64,000 nt of DNA from Stegostoma tigrinum (lineage: Eukaryota). Where the stretch lies: positions 5,332,001-5,396,000 of the forward strand of contig NC_081397.1 in the NCBI RefSeq assembly GCF_030684315.1. The letters are read 5' to 3'. This document shows, piece after piece, positions 25,531 to 39,553 of the stretch. Position 1 is the stretch's first letter. Each line of letters begins with the position of its first letter. The notes under the pieces are model-generated. The model searched no databases. It saw only the letters and a program-made list of their open reading frames with translations, and was not told where the DNA came from. The position numbers and the translations under genes are program-made.

Positions 25531-26261
25531 TCACTCTGTATCTGTCAGGTTCTGCTTGATGAATAAATTTTCAGTCTATCCATGGCAGTTTCTGTTATAA
25601 GAATGTCAGAGTTTAGTATCACTCTGTTTCTGCCAGGCTCTGTGATGTCAACGTCTGAACGCTGTTATCAGTTCTTGCACTGTCAGTTTCTGCAACTGTG
25701 TGTATGTGAGTGTGGTTGTCAATTTATACCTGCCATTTTCTGGTATGTGAATATGAGAGTTTGAATATTAAACAGTGCCTGCCAGCTTCTGATGTGTCAA
25801 TATTTGAGTGCAGTTATCAATCTGTTCCTGTGATAACAGGAACTGCAGATGCTGGAGAATCCAAGATAACAAAGTGTGGAGCTGGATGAACACAGCAGGC
25901 CAAGCAGGGTCTCAGGAGCTGCTTGGCCTGCTGTGATTGTCCAGCTCCACACTTTGTTATCAATCTGTTCTTGACAGTCTCTGCTATGCAATAGGTGGGA
26001 TTGAAGCTGTTTGTCATTGTCAGCATTTACGGTGTGAATGTATGAGGGTAGTTATCTATCCGTACCTGTTTGTTGCAGCTGACAAGATAACGTGAATGCA
26101 GTTACCAGTCAATGCGAGTCAGTTTCTGCTATGTTAATACATGAATTTAGTTATCAGTCTATGCCTGTGTGTTCCTGTTCTGTGAATGTATGACTGTGAT
26201 TATCAGTCTCTAGCTCAAAGATTCCTCAATGTGAATACGTGAGTTTAGTTATCGATCTGTA

Positions 26262-27445
26262 CACCGGACCTGAAATGTTAACTCTGTTTTCTCCCTCACA
26301 GATGCTGCTGGACCTGCTGAACTTTTCCAGCAACTTTGCTTTTGTTCCTGATTTACAGCTTCCGCAGATAACAAGGGGTGGGGCTGGATGAACACAGCAG
26401 GCCAAACAGCATCTTAGGAGCATAATAGCTGACGTTTTGGGCCAAGACCCTTCATCAGAAAAAGGGGGAGGGGAAGAGGATTTTGAAATAAATAGGGAGA
26501 GAGGGGGAGGTGGACTGAGGATGGACAGAGGAGAAGATAGGTGGAGAGGAGAGTATGGGTGGGGAGGTAGGGAGGGGATAGGTCAGTCTGGGGAGGATGG
26601 ACAGGTCAAGGGGGCAGGCTGAGGTTAGGAGGTAGGAAATGGAGGTGCGGCTTGAGGTGGGAAGACGGGATAGGTGAGGGGAAGAACAGGTTAGGCAGGC
26701 GGGGATGAGCTGGGCTGGTTTGGGATGCAGTGGGGGGAAGGGAGATTTTGAAGCTGGTGAAATCCACATCGATACCACGAGGCTGCAGGGTTCCCAAGTG
26801 GAATATGAGTTGCTGTTCCTGCAACCGACGGGTGGGATCATTATGACACTGCAGGATGCCCATGTTGTCTAAGGAATGGGAGGGGGAGTTGAAATGATTC
26901 GCGACTGGGAGGTGTAGTTGTTTATGGCGAACCGAGCTGAGCTGTTCTGCAAAGCAGTCCCCAAGGCTCCGCTTGGTTTCGCCAATGTAGACAAAACCAC
27001 ACCGGGTACAGCTGATGCAGTATACCACATTGACGGATGGGCAGTGGAACATCTGCTTGATGTGGAAAGTCATCTTGGGGCCTGGGATTGGGGTTAGGGA
27101 GGAGGTGTGCGGGCAAGTGTAGCACTTCCTGCGGTTGCAGGGGAAGTGCCGGGTGTGCTGGGGTTGGAGGGGAGTGTGGAACGGACAAGGGAGTTGTGGA
27201 GAGAGTGGTCTCATCTGAAAGCAGACAAGGGTGGGGTAGTAAAAATGTCTTTGGTGGTCGGGTTGAATTGTAGATGGCTCAAGTGTCAGAGGATGATGCG
27301 TTGTATCCAGAGGTTGGTAGGGTGGGATGTGAGGACGAAGGGGGTTCTGTTTTGGCGGTTATTGCGGGGGCAGGGTGTGAGGAATGAGGCGCGGGAAATG
27401 TGGAAGACACGGTTGAGGGCATTGCGGACCGCTGCGGGGGGAGCA
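26262..27445 (-). mobile_element. PLE (Neptune-type) 3' fragment (mirror 57715-58900)
   Basis: CNRRKCYTC Cys-rich linker plus NVVYCISCTRCGFVYIGETKR GIY-YIG motif. Confidence 0.9.
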
Positions 27446-27974
27446 TCCGCAGTTCTTTCGGTTTTTATTTTGTCCGTTTATGCTGTGTGAAACACTGAGT
27501 GTGGGTATCTATATGGGCCTTTCAGTTTCTGATTTGTGGATGTATGAGTGCAGATTTACTTTGTACCTGTCAGTTTCTGCTCTGTAAATGTGAGAGCGTA
27601 GTTGACAACCTTGTCCTCACAGTTTGTGCCGTGTGAATGAATGCAGTTATGTATCTGTCTCTGCCACTTTCTGTTGTGAGAATGTGAGAGTGCAGGAATC
27701 AATCTGTACCACTCAGTTAATGCAAGTGGAATGAGGGAGTGTAGGTATCATGTACATGTCCGTGTTATCATCAACCTGTTCCTGTCAGTTTCTGCTATCC
27801 GGGTACCTGAGTATAGATGTCATTCTCTGTCAGTCAGTTTCTACTCAGTGAATATGTGTCTGAAATTATCAGTCTGTCCATGACACTGTTTTGCGATGTG
27901 AATGTTTAGTTATCAATCGCTCTCCGTCAATTTCAGTTTGGAGAGCCTGAGAGTGTAGTGATTACTTGTTTTAA

Positions 27975-28770
27975 TACATTCTGATCAGATACTCAACTAC
28001 AACAGCAATCATCCCAATATCTACTAATGGAGCTGCAACAAAACACTGTTCAAGTGAGCCACAACACACTGCAGCATCCAGAGCTGCGTAAAGATGAGGA
28101 AGAACACGATACAGTGACTATAGAAACGAAGGTTACCTGAAAAGCATTGTCCTTCGACACCTGCATAACAGACGACAAATGGATAACACAGCACGTCCAG
28201 AGACACTAGTCACCTGACCAAACATGAAAAACATATCAGAAATGAGCACCATATTGCCCCGAGCCAACAACCAGAACTGACAGAACCAACGTTATTTGCA
28301 CGATATCGTGCACAGATGCCAAAAACAGTACAAAGGCCAAACTGGTAGGAAACTAGCCATCATGATTCGTAGACACAAACTAGCTACCAAGAGACATGGC
28401 CAACTATCATTCATCTCAATGCACATGGACAAAGAGGGACACCAATTTGACTGGGACAACTTAGTTATCTGAGGAGAAGCCAACCAAAGACATGCACGAG
28501 ACTTCCTGGAGGCCTGACATTCAAACTGGAATGCCATTAACAAATGCGTAGAGCAGGATCCCATACACCAACCACTGAGAAACAAATCCAGAAGTGATGT
28601 CAGCCATCCCAGCAAACTGCAGCACATAAACAGCCACCAGGACACAACAGCAACGCATCACCAGAGGTGCACTGAAGGTATAATGTAGCTGGTGACAAAA
28701 TGTCTCTAAACAAGCAACAAGCTTGTTGAGCAATTCAACAACAGCATAGTTATTAATCTGACCCCAACGG
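27975..28770 (+). mobile_element. Second PLE family (Penelope/Poseidon-type), decayed (mirror ~56390-57190)
   Basis: Manual translation near 28320: QKQYKGQTGRKLAIMIRRHKLATKRHGQLSFISMHMDKEGHQFDWDN. A decayed hammerhead-like CTGAAGG...GACAAAATGTCT lies at ~28673-28706. Confidence 0.7.
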
Positions 28771-30379
28771 TTCATGCAATGCAAATGTGACAGCAGCTAT
28801 CATTGTGTAGCCGCCAGTTTCTGCAATTTGAATGTCACTGTTATCAATCTCTGAGTTTCTGCTTGGTGACCATGTGAGTGCAGTTATCAATAACGGCCTG
28901 TCAGCTTCTACTCTGTGAATATGAGAGTAGTTACCAAACTGTATCTGTCAGCTAATGCTTTGTGAAACTGGGAAGGCTGACTCCAGAATCTGCAGCTCTT
29001 GCTAGCTCTAAAGTGATCGTCAATCAGTTCCTATCAATTTCTTCTGTATGGATGTGTGCATGTAGAGCAACCTGTACCTATCAGTACCTCATAATTTGCA
29101 AGTAAAGTTATCAATATGTACCTGTGGGAATCTACTTTGTGAATATTTGAGTATAGTTGTCAAACTGTACCCGTCGGTATTTTTTAAATCTGTGGATATG
29201 CAGTTATAAAACTGTACCTGTCACTTTATGGTCTGTGAAATTGGGAGTTGTCATCAATATGTAGCTGCCAGTTTCTGCTGTGTGGATATGTGAAAGTAGT
29301 TATCGTTCAGTTGCTGTCAGTTTGCTATGTGAATGTGAGTGTTGTTTACTAACCTGTGTATCCCAGTTTCTATGATGTGAATGTGTGAATATCTTTATGA
29401 ATCTTTAGCTGTCGGTTTCTGCAATGTCAATATGTGAGTCTCGTCATCCTTTTTCTTTTGTATGCATTTGCAATACAAATGAGTGAGGTTAGGCATCAAT
29501 CCATACTGGTCATTTTCTACTTGTAAAAGTGGCTTAATTGTCAGCAGCCAGTAATATTCTTAGTGGAGGTATGATTCATTATGTGATAATTGCTAGTAGA
29601 GTAATTTTACATAGATTTCATTCAGATACTGAGTGTATAATTTCAGTTTATCCATCTTCAAAAATGGTGTAAAAGTCAATGGGTGATGAATGCTGAAATT
29701 TGTTGGAACTGTGTATGTGGAATGGAGAGATAAGAAAAATAAAGTTTAATTTCTCCAACCTTGTTCTCCTGTTGGAAAAATTTGAACATATCTGTTGGAA
29801 ATTAAGCTCACTGTGTGTCTGACTCAATCTGCTCTGTGACTGCGGAAAGGATGATCTCTGCTCTGACAGTGGGAACATCCCTGCTGTTTATCAGAAGGAT
29901 CTGCTCACAATTGCCTCTGCACTGAAGAAATCTTACTTTGTCTTGGTCTTTCAAGTGTTTTTTTTCTGTGGGAAGACAGAAGAGATAGTTCGTGTAAAGC
30001 AACATCAATTGGGTTTGACAATGTTAAACTGATCAACACAACATTTAGTTAATAATCATTTGGATATATTCATATAACTAGGAATTCTAACATAACTATG
30101 GGTCTTGATCCAATCTTGCCCTGAGCTGCTCCTTGTCTGATCATTTCTAAAAACTTCAACACCATTTGAATGAGCTCCTGAAAGTAAATGATACCTGTAC
30201 AGCTCCATGACTGGAACCACCCAGTGGAAGCTTGTCAGTGGATGTGAGTTTAGTTATTGATCTATTAATGTCAGTTGCTACTTGGTGAATGTGTGAGAGT
30301 AGTTATCAATGTGTCCCTCTAGGTCTTTGGTAATTATTCATGTATTACACAGCAGAGGCTGACAGGGACAGAATGATCA

Positions 30380-31580
30380 GGAATTATTGATCAATTAAAA
30401 TTATACAGCACAGAAGGTGGCCATTTGGCTCATTATATCCATGCTGACACAAACACCCCAAAATGGCCATCATAAAATCCGATCTTCTTGCAAACATCCC
30501 ATAGCCCTGCAGCTTGCAGACTGAATGTGGAGGTCCAGGTATGTTCTTACAAGAGTTGAGAATCTCTGCTATCAGCAACTCAGAAAGCGTATTTGAGATA
30601 AGCACCCTCTCATAAAAATGGTTTTCCTCCCATCATCTCTCATCGTCCTGCCACTTCACTTCATCTACACCCAATGGTTTTTAAACTCAATGCCAAGGGA
30701 AACAGATTCCCCCTGTCGACTCTATCACTGCCCATCCCAACTGCCTCAATCATGGCACTCCCAGCTTTCACTGTTCAAACTAATATAGCTCCAACCTCTG
30801 CAATCACTGCTCATAGCTATAACTCTCCAGCCATGGCAACATTCCAGTAAATCTTCTCTGCAATATATCCAGAGCAATAACGTTTTCCTGTAATGTGGTG
30901 ACCATCGCGGCGCACAATACATCAGTTCCAGCCTCACCAGTGTCTTACATAATTTCATCGTTATAGCCCGACTTTTGTGTTGTATACCTCTGCCAAAAAA
31001 GGACAGCATTCTATATACCTAGTTTCACAATCTCATCCACCTGTACTGCTATTTTCATACTCCATTACACTTGCACACCAAACCACTCATTTTATGTACA
31101 ATTTCCACACCACCTCATGTATTCCTATTTTGTGTCCTTGCACCTCCTGAAATGCATTACCTCACATTTATCAGAGTTGAACTCCATATGCCACTCATCT
31201 GCCCCTTCCACCAAAACTTCTATATCATTTTGGAGCTGACAGCTATCCTCTGCACTACCAGTACACTGTTAAATTTTTGTGCTGGCTGAAAATTTCCCAA
31301 TTGTATCCCCATGTTCAAGTCCAAGTTGTTATCATATAAAACAAACAGCAGAAGTCCCAACACTGAGCTGTGAGAAACACCACTTGAAACAGCTTTCGGT
31401 TTACAAGGGCAGCCATTGACCATTTGATTCCTGTTGCTAAGCAAACTTTGCTTCCAATTTAGCACATTGCTCCGTATCCCAAAAGCCTTTCCATTTCTGA
31501 TTCATCTGCTGCATGGTACTTTATCAAATGTCTTACTAAAATCCATGTAGTTAACGTGCATTGCACTATCCTCACACATT
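30380..31580 (-). mobile_element. Old CR1-like LINE fragment (mirror 53580-54780)
   Basis: SGVSHSSVLGLLLFVLY and KTLVRLELMYCAPRWSPHYRK remnants. Confidence 0.75.
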
Positions 31581-34500
31581 CACGTGGCATTCACTGACAG
31601 GTATTGATTGAGAACTAAAATCACACATCCACATTGTGAAAACTGACAGGGACTGATTGAAAAATACAATTGCACCTTCACACAGCAATCAGTGTCTATT
31701 CTGTTATACAGATGTGAGCTTTGTAATTGACCTGTTGATAATGATGTGTGAACATGCAACGTGAATATTTGAGTGCAAATTTCAATCTGTATCTGTCCAC
31801 GTCTGCTCTGGGAACCTGAGAACGTAGTTATTCGTCTGCAACTATCAGTTTTTGTGATGTGAATATACAAATGCAGTTATGAATTTGTAATGCTTTCCTC
31901 TCCGTGAATATGAGAATACAGTTATCTATTTCTACCTATCATTCTTGGCTATGTGCATATACGGACATTGTTATCAATCTGTCCCTGTCATTACCTGCAG
32001 TGTGAATGTTGAAGTGCAGTTGTAAACCTTTTCCAATCAGTTTCTGTGATTTAAATATGGAAAAATAATTGTTATTTCCCCCTATCAGATTCTACTCTGT
32101 GAATATAAGTGCCTTGTTGTGCCATTTTATGCCTCATGCGGCTTGGGAGTGTTACTGTGAGTTTCTTCTGATCGGTTTCTGCTTTGTGAATATCAGAGTG
32201 CAGCAATATTGTCAAAGTCCATCTGGGAAACAGACCTTTGGTCCAACAGTCCATGCTGACCACAGGTATCAATTTCATTCCTTTCCTTTCAGCATCTGTT
32301 TGTTGTATGAGAGGGAGATTTCTAATGAGGTGCCAATCTGAATTAAAGATGGGTATTGGGCTAAGTGACACTGTCCTTTTCCAAATGTCTGCTTGTGTTT
32401 CTAGCTCTGCATGTATGATTGGATTCCCTTTATGAGGTGTATTACAAACAATTATATCATTATAACACTAAATTATAATACATTAATCAGAAAGAGAGTG
32501 TGGGCATTCTTCTGAAATAGTCAGTCTCCCACTGAGATTATAAATGTTGTTACTGTTGGTTTTCATCAGCATCGGGCTGACGGTCAGCATGGGATCGATT
32601 CAGTCTCTGGCATTGTGTGTCAATGTATTCCTCATGCGTTGTCATCATATTTAACATGGGTAATGAGTGGGTAATGTTGCATTGAACATGTTACTTGTCG
32701 GAACTGCTGACATTCTTCTATTGTTCAGATCTCTGCTGCTCAACATGAATGAGATTTTACCCAATGCCATATAATCAGATCACGTAAATTAAACTATTTT
32801 AATACCTTTGTCAGTCTCTGACTCTGTAGTTGCAGTTTGGTTACTGTCCGGTTTATGATAGTAAGTTTTGTTCTGGATTGGTCAGTCACCCAAAAACTGA
32901 ATGTGTATTTATTCCTCCTGTAACAAAATCATGAGATCAGCGTTTCTTCAATCTATTTCCAATAAACTCCAGCTATCTGTATCTGTTCACGACACCATTT
33001 GCTTTCTTCTTTGGTCCATTTAACAACATCTTTATGCAGTACTTCTGTACAAGATGAGAGCTGCTTTTTAATTTGTACATCTTTGGAAGCAAATTAAATT
33101 GTCATGTTTATTTCATTTTAAACTTGGCCTACTATATATTTCCTTCAGTTTCAACAAAGGAAATTGATGCACTAGTTACATGTCCAAATCTAAGACATGG
33201 TGTGATATTTGGAGGCATATTTAATCTGGATTTCAATTTACTTCTTGAGCTATTTCATTAGAATTCATCATTGATCATGCAATCGATTCAGTATTTTCTG
33301 ATGTAGTGAACATTACGAATTCACTTTATGCCAAGCTGATACCTTATACTTAATCCTCAAGGAAAGTATTCACATACTGGGATTGAAGTACTTCGCTCTT
33401 ATCCTGTCCTATTAATGCGTAATGAAAGGGGAGCTCTCCGACCCATGTGATATTTAAGAGAAATGGCATTTTCTTTTGTTTTTGCCTGGGTATCTACTAA
33501 CCTGGCAGCATCTCCACACTTTGTAAGTTATTCTGTACCTACTGTGCACTGGCACAAGAGCTGCTGTTATGAAACAAGACAGACAGATACACTCAATTGA
33601 TCCTATTTCTATCTTCCTGTATTGCGTTACTGAGCAGATTAAGTATTTCTTGTAAAGTGGAGAGCCAATTACCACCATGGCAGAGGACAGAGTTTTTGGT
33701 TCATCTCTTCTTTCGCAAATGTGAAACAGCCTATGTTCTTCAGTTGTTTGTGCCTCCAGCATTTATAAGCAAGTGAAAATGCAAGGCATTGCAACTGAAA
33801 TGAGTCTGTGCTTTTCTTCAAAGTTGAGGACAGAGAAGCAATGGACCTTTGCCAAGGATACATTGCAGAGTCTAACCGCTGTGGTGATATCAAAGGATAT
33901 TTTCAGGAGGAGATTAATATTATTCAACATTGCATAGTGACACAAGTCTTGGAATGCTGCTAAAGTTAAGATGTTAATTTAGTATGTTATTGCCAAAGAG
34001 GAAGTGCAATGAACAAATCAACTGCATTGCGGCTGACTGACCACAATGTTGCTTGTGCAGGAAAGAAAATTAGTTTTCTTACTTCGAATTTGTCTTATGG
34101 CGCGGACATTAAACATGCTCGGTGTTGAACTTTTGTTTTCTGTCATTCAGTGGGCACAACTGGAACCGTCAAACTGAATTTACTGAAGAATAAACACCGT
34201 TGAACAATCTTTGCAAAATATAAGTGAGGACGGTTATATTGTGATATTGCTTGTTCGAAAAAAATGGCATGAAGCTTGCTTATGTTTTATGTAAAAATTC
34301 AGGTGGATTGTCAAGAGGAACACAGAGCTATTTGAACAAAATTTAAGCTAATTTGAAAACAAAAGGTCTCTGATTATAAAGTCCTCTTGCTTAATATAAA
34401 ATTTAAAAAAATCTGATCATGCTTGGTGAAGAAATTGACAACTGATAAAGGTGAGGATGATACTTCCTCTGCAAACATGACACATTCATGGAATTTGAAT

Positions 34501-35599
34501 ACTGGCTGAATTGATGTAGAATTGTCGGCTGGTTGTTTCTAAACAGTGCAGATTCAGAGAGAGAAAGGACTGTTTGCTGTGCTGCAGACATCTATGAATA
34601 TATGTGTGTGAGTGGTAGTCATTGACTCGTACTTGTTGGTAGCTGTCATGTGAAGATATGAGCGTAATCATCAAACTGTCCCTCAGTTTCTGCTGTGAAA
34701 TATGAGAGTTTAGTTATCAACCTATATCCATCAATTGCTCTTTCATGAATGTGAAAGTGTTACAAATATGTCCCTGTCAAATTTGTCTGTGAATATGCAA
34801 ATGTAGTTATCAATCTACATATGCTTATGCTTTTGCTTTCCTGTCATGTGTGCATGTATTTATCAGCCTGTACCTGCCAGTTTTTGTAGTCTGAATGTGT
34901 ATGTAATTATCTTTTTGTCCCTGTCATTTTCTGATATGTGAATATGAGTGCGCCGTTATCAATAAGTGCCTGTCAGTTTCTTCTCTCTGGCTGTGCAAGT
35001 GTTTTTCCCCATTTGGCCCCGTCAGATCCTGTCCTGTAAATCTGAGAGATGAGTTATTAGGCTATGCCTGATGCTATCTGGTTTGTGAATGCGTTTATCA
35101 TTCTCTCCCTGTATTAATTTCTAGGGTAGGTTTTCTGTCTTATATCGACTTGCTCTGTCTCTGGTCTGGACAGATATAGAGTTTAATGTTCATTTGCTGT
35201 TGCAAGCTCACTGTATGAGACATTCTTAATTGTACAGTCAACAATCTGGGTTATCTGCTTGAATGTAGGTTATTCTCTGTATCGTTTCAGGTCACTACTT
35301 GATTTCCTTCTGATCTATTTAATAGCAAAGTTTATATTCAGTAGAAGTGTATCAGATGGTTTTCACTATTCAGCTTGTAGTTTTATGCAAACAAATGCAA
35401 TGTCAATGTCAATGTCAATTTCAATCTGAAACTTATCCTGACATGCAATTTCTCCAGTTTGTACAAAAGGAAATGATACTTTAATTATCTCTCCAAGTCG
35501 ATGAGATGGTGACACACAGAGAGGTGAAATTAATCTCTTGTTCAATATATTTCTTGAACTACTTCTTGATAATTCAGTGTGTCAAAGAACAAAAAAAAA

Positions 35600-36400
35600 A
35601 TTCAGCAGAGAGGAACAGGCTCTTTGGCCCTCCAAGTCTGTGCTGATCCATATCCTCTATCTAAACCTGTCACCTATTTTCCAAGGATGTGTATCCCTCT
35701 GCTCCCTGTCCAGTCACCTATCTGTCTACATAGATATTAAAGGACACTATAATGCACTCCTCTACCACCTCCGCTGGCAACACATTCCAGGCACCCAAAG
35801 CCTTCTGTGTAAAGAATTTTCCATGCATATCATCTTTAAATTTTTGCCCCCTCACCTTGAAATCATGACACGTAGTCATAGAGTTGCACACTCTTGGAAA
35901 AAGCTTCTTGCTATCCAACCCGTCAATCCATCTCATGACTGTGTCGGCCTCAATCAAGTCCCCCCTCAACCTCCATCTTTCTCATGTAAATAATCCTAAT
36001 CTACTCAAACTCTCTTCATAGCTCGCACCCTCCATACCAGGCAACATCCTGGTGAACCTCCTCTGCACCTTCTCCAAAGCATCAACATCCTTTTGGTAAT
36101 GTGGTGACCTGAACTGAAAACAATATTCCAAATGTGTTCAAACCAAAGCCCTATACAACTGTAACATGACCTGACAACTCTTGCACTAAATGACCCACCC
36201 GACAAAGGAAAGAATGCAGTATGTCTTCTTGACCACTCTATCGACCTGTGTTGCCACCTTCAGGGTGCAATGGACCTGAACACCCAGATCTCTCTGAGCA
36301 TCAATTTTTGCCAGGGCTTTTCCATTTACCACATAGTTCGCTCTTGAAGTGGATCTTTCAAAATGCATCACCTCGCATTTGCCTGAACTGAACTCCACAA
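35600..36400 (-). mobile_element. CR1-like LINE 3' fragment (mirror 48485-49265)
   Basis: FSSGKCEVMHF, RGDLIEA and FFTQKALGAWNVLP remnants. Confidence 0.85.
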
Positions 36401-37216
36401 AATTTGTCCTTTTTTTTTACCCAAACACGGTGAATGAGTGATATTCACATTATGAACACGGGAGTGCATGTCCACACGAGGATTTAGGTATTTCGCTCAC
36501 ATTCTTTTCCATTTGTCGCTTATCATGAAAGGCTAGCTCTCTGACCTGAAATCCGTGAGTGGAAAGCATCTTCATTGTTACACTGTGAGGTTTGCAATAT
36601 ACATGATCTTCATGGCTGTTAGACGGTGTGACACGTGTGATGGGGATAGTCTATATATTTACAACACAGTGGAGTGTGTGTGTGTGCCAGAAAGTGTGTG
36701 CATACACTCTGCTGGCATTCTATGTCAGGCTTTGGGACAGGATGTGCATTTGGAAGGCACATTAATTAATTAAATTAAAAGATGAATGCTGTCCTGCTCA
36801 GTTACTGATGATAACGTGAATGTTTTCTTCCATATCTGTCCTCATTATCTGCTATATGTTTGGTTGGTGTAACTATGTAACAGCATGAACTATTTCTTCA
36901 CCTCGACAGTAAGTTTGAAAACATGCTTAATCAGTGTAGATTTACTGCCGTTCTTTTGTGTCTATTTCAGACGAAAATTCAGTCTATTCATTTTCAAAAA
37001 TGCCGTAAATGCCAATAGGCTACAAATGATCTTTTTTTGAAACAGGGTGGTGTGTTGAGAAAACAGAGGAAGGGGAAAAAACTATTTTTATTTTGTTGGT
37101 TGTGTTTGACTGTTGGCTTGCATGCATGTCACCAGAAATTGAGTTGAATGTATCTCTGACTCAATTTGCTCTGTGCCTGTGGAAAGGGTGTTCTCTGCTT
37201 GGAGATGGTAACATAC

Positions 37217-37298
37217 CTGTTGGTTGTTCGAAGGAGCTGGTCACCCTTGGCTTGGTACCAAGCACACATAACATTGTCTTGTTCCTGCAAGTGTTTTC
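37217..37298 (-). other. Exon-like module A, left-arm copy (82 bp)
   Basis: Minus strand reads ctgtcttcccccAG | ... CAG | GTATGT. Confidence 0.45.
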
Positions 37299-37799
37299 CT
37301 GGGGGAAGACAGAAGTGTTTACTCCTGTAAATCAACATCAATTAAGTTTTACAATATCAAAAAGATTACTGTAATACTCAGTTAATAATTAGTAGGATGT
37401 TTATTTTCTTTAACTTCTTCTGAAGAACAGTGCTCCAAAAGCCTGTCATTTCAAAAGAACCTGAGAGATGATGACAGTGTCATGAGACATCTACCTTTTC
37501 TTTAAAGTCATCAATTCAAATGCAGGTCAGATTCCATTTTAACTTTCAGCTGCGCCTTGTCTAAGGATATTTTTTTAAAAATATATCTCCTTCGAAAGCA
37601 ATTGAGTAAAATCTAGAAATGGAACGATAACTGTACAGCTCCACGTGAGGTGCTAACCAGAGCCACTGCAATGTCTGCGCAGTTCATGTTACCAAATCCC
37701 AATGCACTAACTGTAGAATATAGTGACTCAATCCATGACCTTTACAGGGTTCTTATTATTTCCAGTCTTGTCTGTGTTTCGACTTTGACTGCACAATGT

Positions 37800-38290
37800 C
37801 AACAAACAGCATGAAACAGAAGCCAAACAATGAATTTCCATCAGTGGTTGGGGATTTGAAAACCACAAGACTGACCCCCAGCATCTTCTTGCCGCTGTGA
37901 CTCCCTCAGCAGGCCCACACACAGCCCGAGAAAGGCCTCCCTCTCCCCGCCCCCAGGCCGCTCTCTCTCCAAGTTCCGGGACCAGTTCCTGCCCCGCTCG
38001 GCCTCTTACCAACAGCCCCCGGTTCTCCCTGAACTGAGCCCGAATCAATGCCGGTCTCGGAGCCCCCCTCTGTGTCCCAGACTCACATCTCGATGCGCTG
38101 CCGGAAGGAGCCTGCTGCTCCCTCGCTTCCCTGGGCGCTGGTCTCTCCATTGCGGTCTGTTTCAAACAAACGGCTTCCACTCACTGAGTAAATGCCCCTC
38201 AATGGCAGCGCAGGGGGAGGGCCTCACGCATGCGCTCCTCTCAACAGCCAAATGCACTTCGTTTTCGTTAGGGACATCGCGCATGCGCTA
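37800..38290 (-). promoter_or_regulatory. CpG-island promoter and putative first exon, copy 2 (ATG 38150, exon end 38087)
   Basis: Two NRF1-like GCGCATGCG[C/T] sites (~38227 and ~38279), ATG in Kozak context, GTGAGT donor at 38086-38081. Confidence 0.65.
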
Positions 38291-38340
38291 CTTTTGCAAA
38301 TAATTCCCAGAAACAGAAATCAATTGATCATTTCCCCAGA

Positions 38341-39553
38341 GATAATGGGAACTGCAGATGCTGGAGAATTCCAAGATAATAAAATGTGAGGCTGGATGAA
38401 CACAGCAGGCCAAGCAGCATCTCAGGAGCACAAAAGCTGACGTTTCCCGCCTAGACCCTTCATCAGAGAGGGGGATGGGGAGAGGGAACTGGAATAAATA
38501 GGGAGAGAGGAGGAGGCAAACCGAAGATGGAGAGTAAAGAAGATAGGTGGAGAAAGTATAGGTGAGGAGGTAGGGAGGGGATAGGTCAGTCCAGGGAAGA
38601 CGGACAGGTTAAGGAGGTGGGATGAGATTAGTAGGTACCTGGGGGTGCGGCTTGGGGTGGGAGGAAGGGATGGGTGAGAGGAAGAACCGGTTAGGGAGGC
38701 AGAGGCAGGTTGGACTGGTTTTGGGATGCAGTGGGTGGGGGGGAAGGGCTGGGCTGGTTGTGTGGTGCAGTCGGGGGAGGGGACGAACGAGGCTGGTTTA
38801 GGGATGCAGTAGGGGAAGGGGAGATTTTGAAACTGGTGAAGTCCACATTGATACCATATGGCTGCAGGGTTCCCAGGCGGAATATGATTTGCTGTTCCTG
38901 CAACCTTCGGGTGGCATCATTGTGGCAGTGCAGGAGGCCCATGATGGACATGTCATCTAGAGAATAGGAGGGAGGGTGGAAATGGTTTGCGACTGGGAGG
39001 TGCAGTTGTTTGTTGCGAACTGAGCGGAGGTGTCCAGCAAAGCGGTCCCCAAGCCTACGCTTGGTTTCCCCAATGTAGAGGAAGCCGCACCGGGTACAGT
39101 GGATGCAGTATACCACATTGCTTCCCTAAACCAGCCGAGTTCGTCCCCTCCCCCGACTGCACCACACAACCAGCCCAGCTCTTCCCCCCCCACCCACTGC
39201 ATCCGAAAACCAGTCCAACCTGTCTCTGCCTCCCTAACCGGTTCTTCTTCTCACCCATCCCTTCCTCCCACCCCAAGCCGCACCCCCAGCTACCTAGTAA
39301 CCTCATCCCACCTCCTTGACCTGTCCGTCTTCCCTGGACTGACCTATCCCCTCCCTACCTCCCCACCTATACTCTCTCCACCTATCTTCTTCACTCTCCA
39401 TCTTCGGTCCGCCTCCCCCTCTCTCCCTATTTATTCCAGTTCCCTCTCCCCATCCCCCTCTCTGATGAAGGGTCTAGGCGGGAAACGTCAGCTTTTGTGT
39501 TCCTGAGATGCTGCTTGGCCTGCTGTGTTCATCCAGCCTCACATTTTATTATC
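38341..39553 (-). mobile_element. Young fold-back PLE insertion with a 14-bp TSD
   Basis: GIY-YIG ORF at 38691-39116; inverted termini; TGATCATTTCCCCA at 38325-38338 and 39555-39568. Confidence 0.92.
38437..38466 (-). ncRNA. Minimal hammerhead motif (partner copy at 39462-39491, + strand)
   Basis: CTGATGAAGGGTCTAGGCGGGAAACGTCAG; catalytic boxes intact, stem II altered. Confidence 0.55.

Larger units (their letters stand above)
20679..38240 (+). repeat. Left arm of a giant inverted segmental duplication
   Basis: Colinear reverse complement of 46586-64000. Mirror ORF pairs include 21190-21438/63256-63504, 23388-23687/60965-61264, 29648-29878/55283-55513 and 33763-33945/50906-51088. Confidence 0.97.

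Noticed and set aside
28750-29520. Regularly spaced repeats as a CRISPR array
   Set aside because: The DNA is eukaryotic, the whole unit is degenerate with no constant repeat and unique spacer pattern, and there are no cas genes.
32940-34420. Unique AT-rich stretch with short ORFs (mirror 50450-51950) as a gene or viral relic
   Set aside because: No recognisable motif, stops are frequent, and ORF conservation is explained by the recent duplication. A TBLASTX search would be needed to say more.
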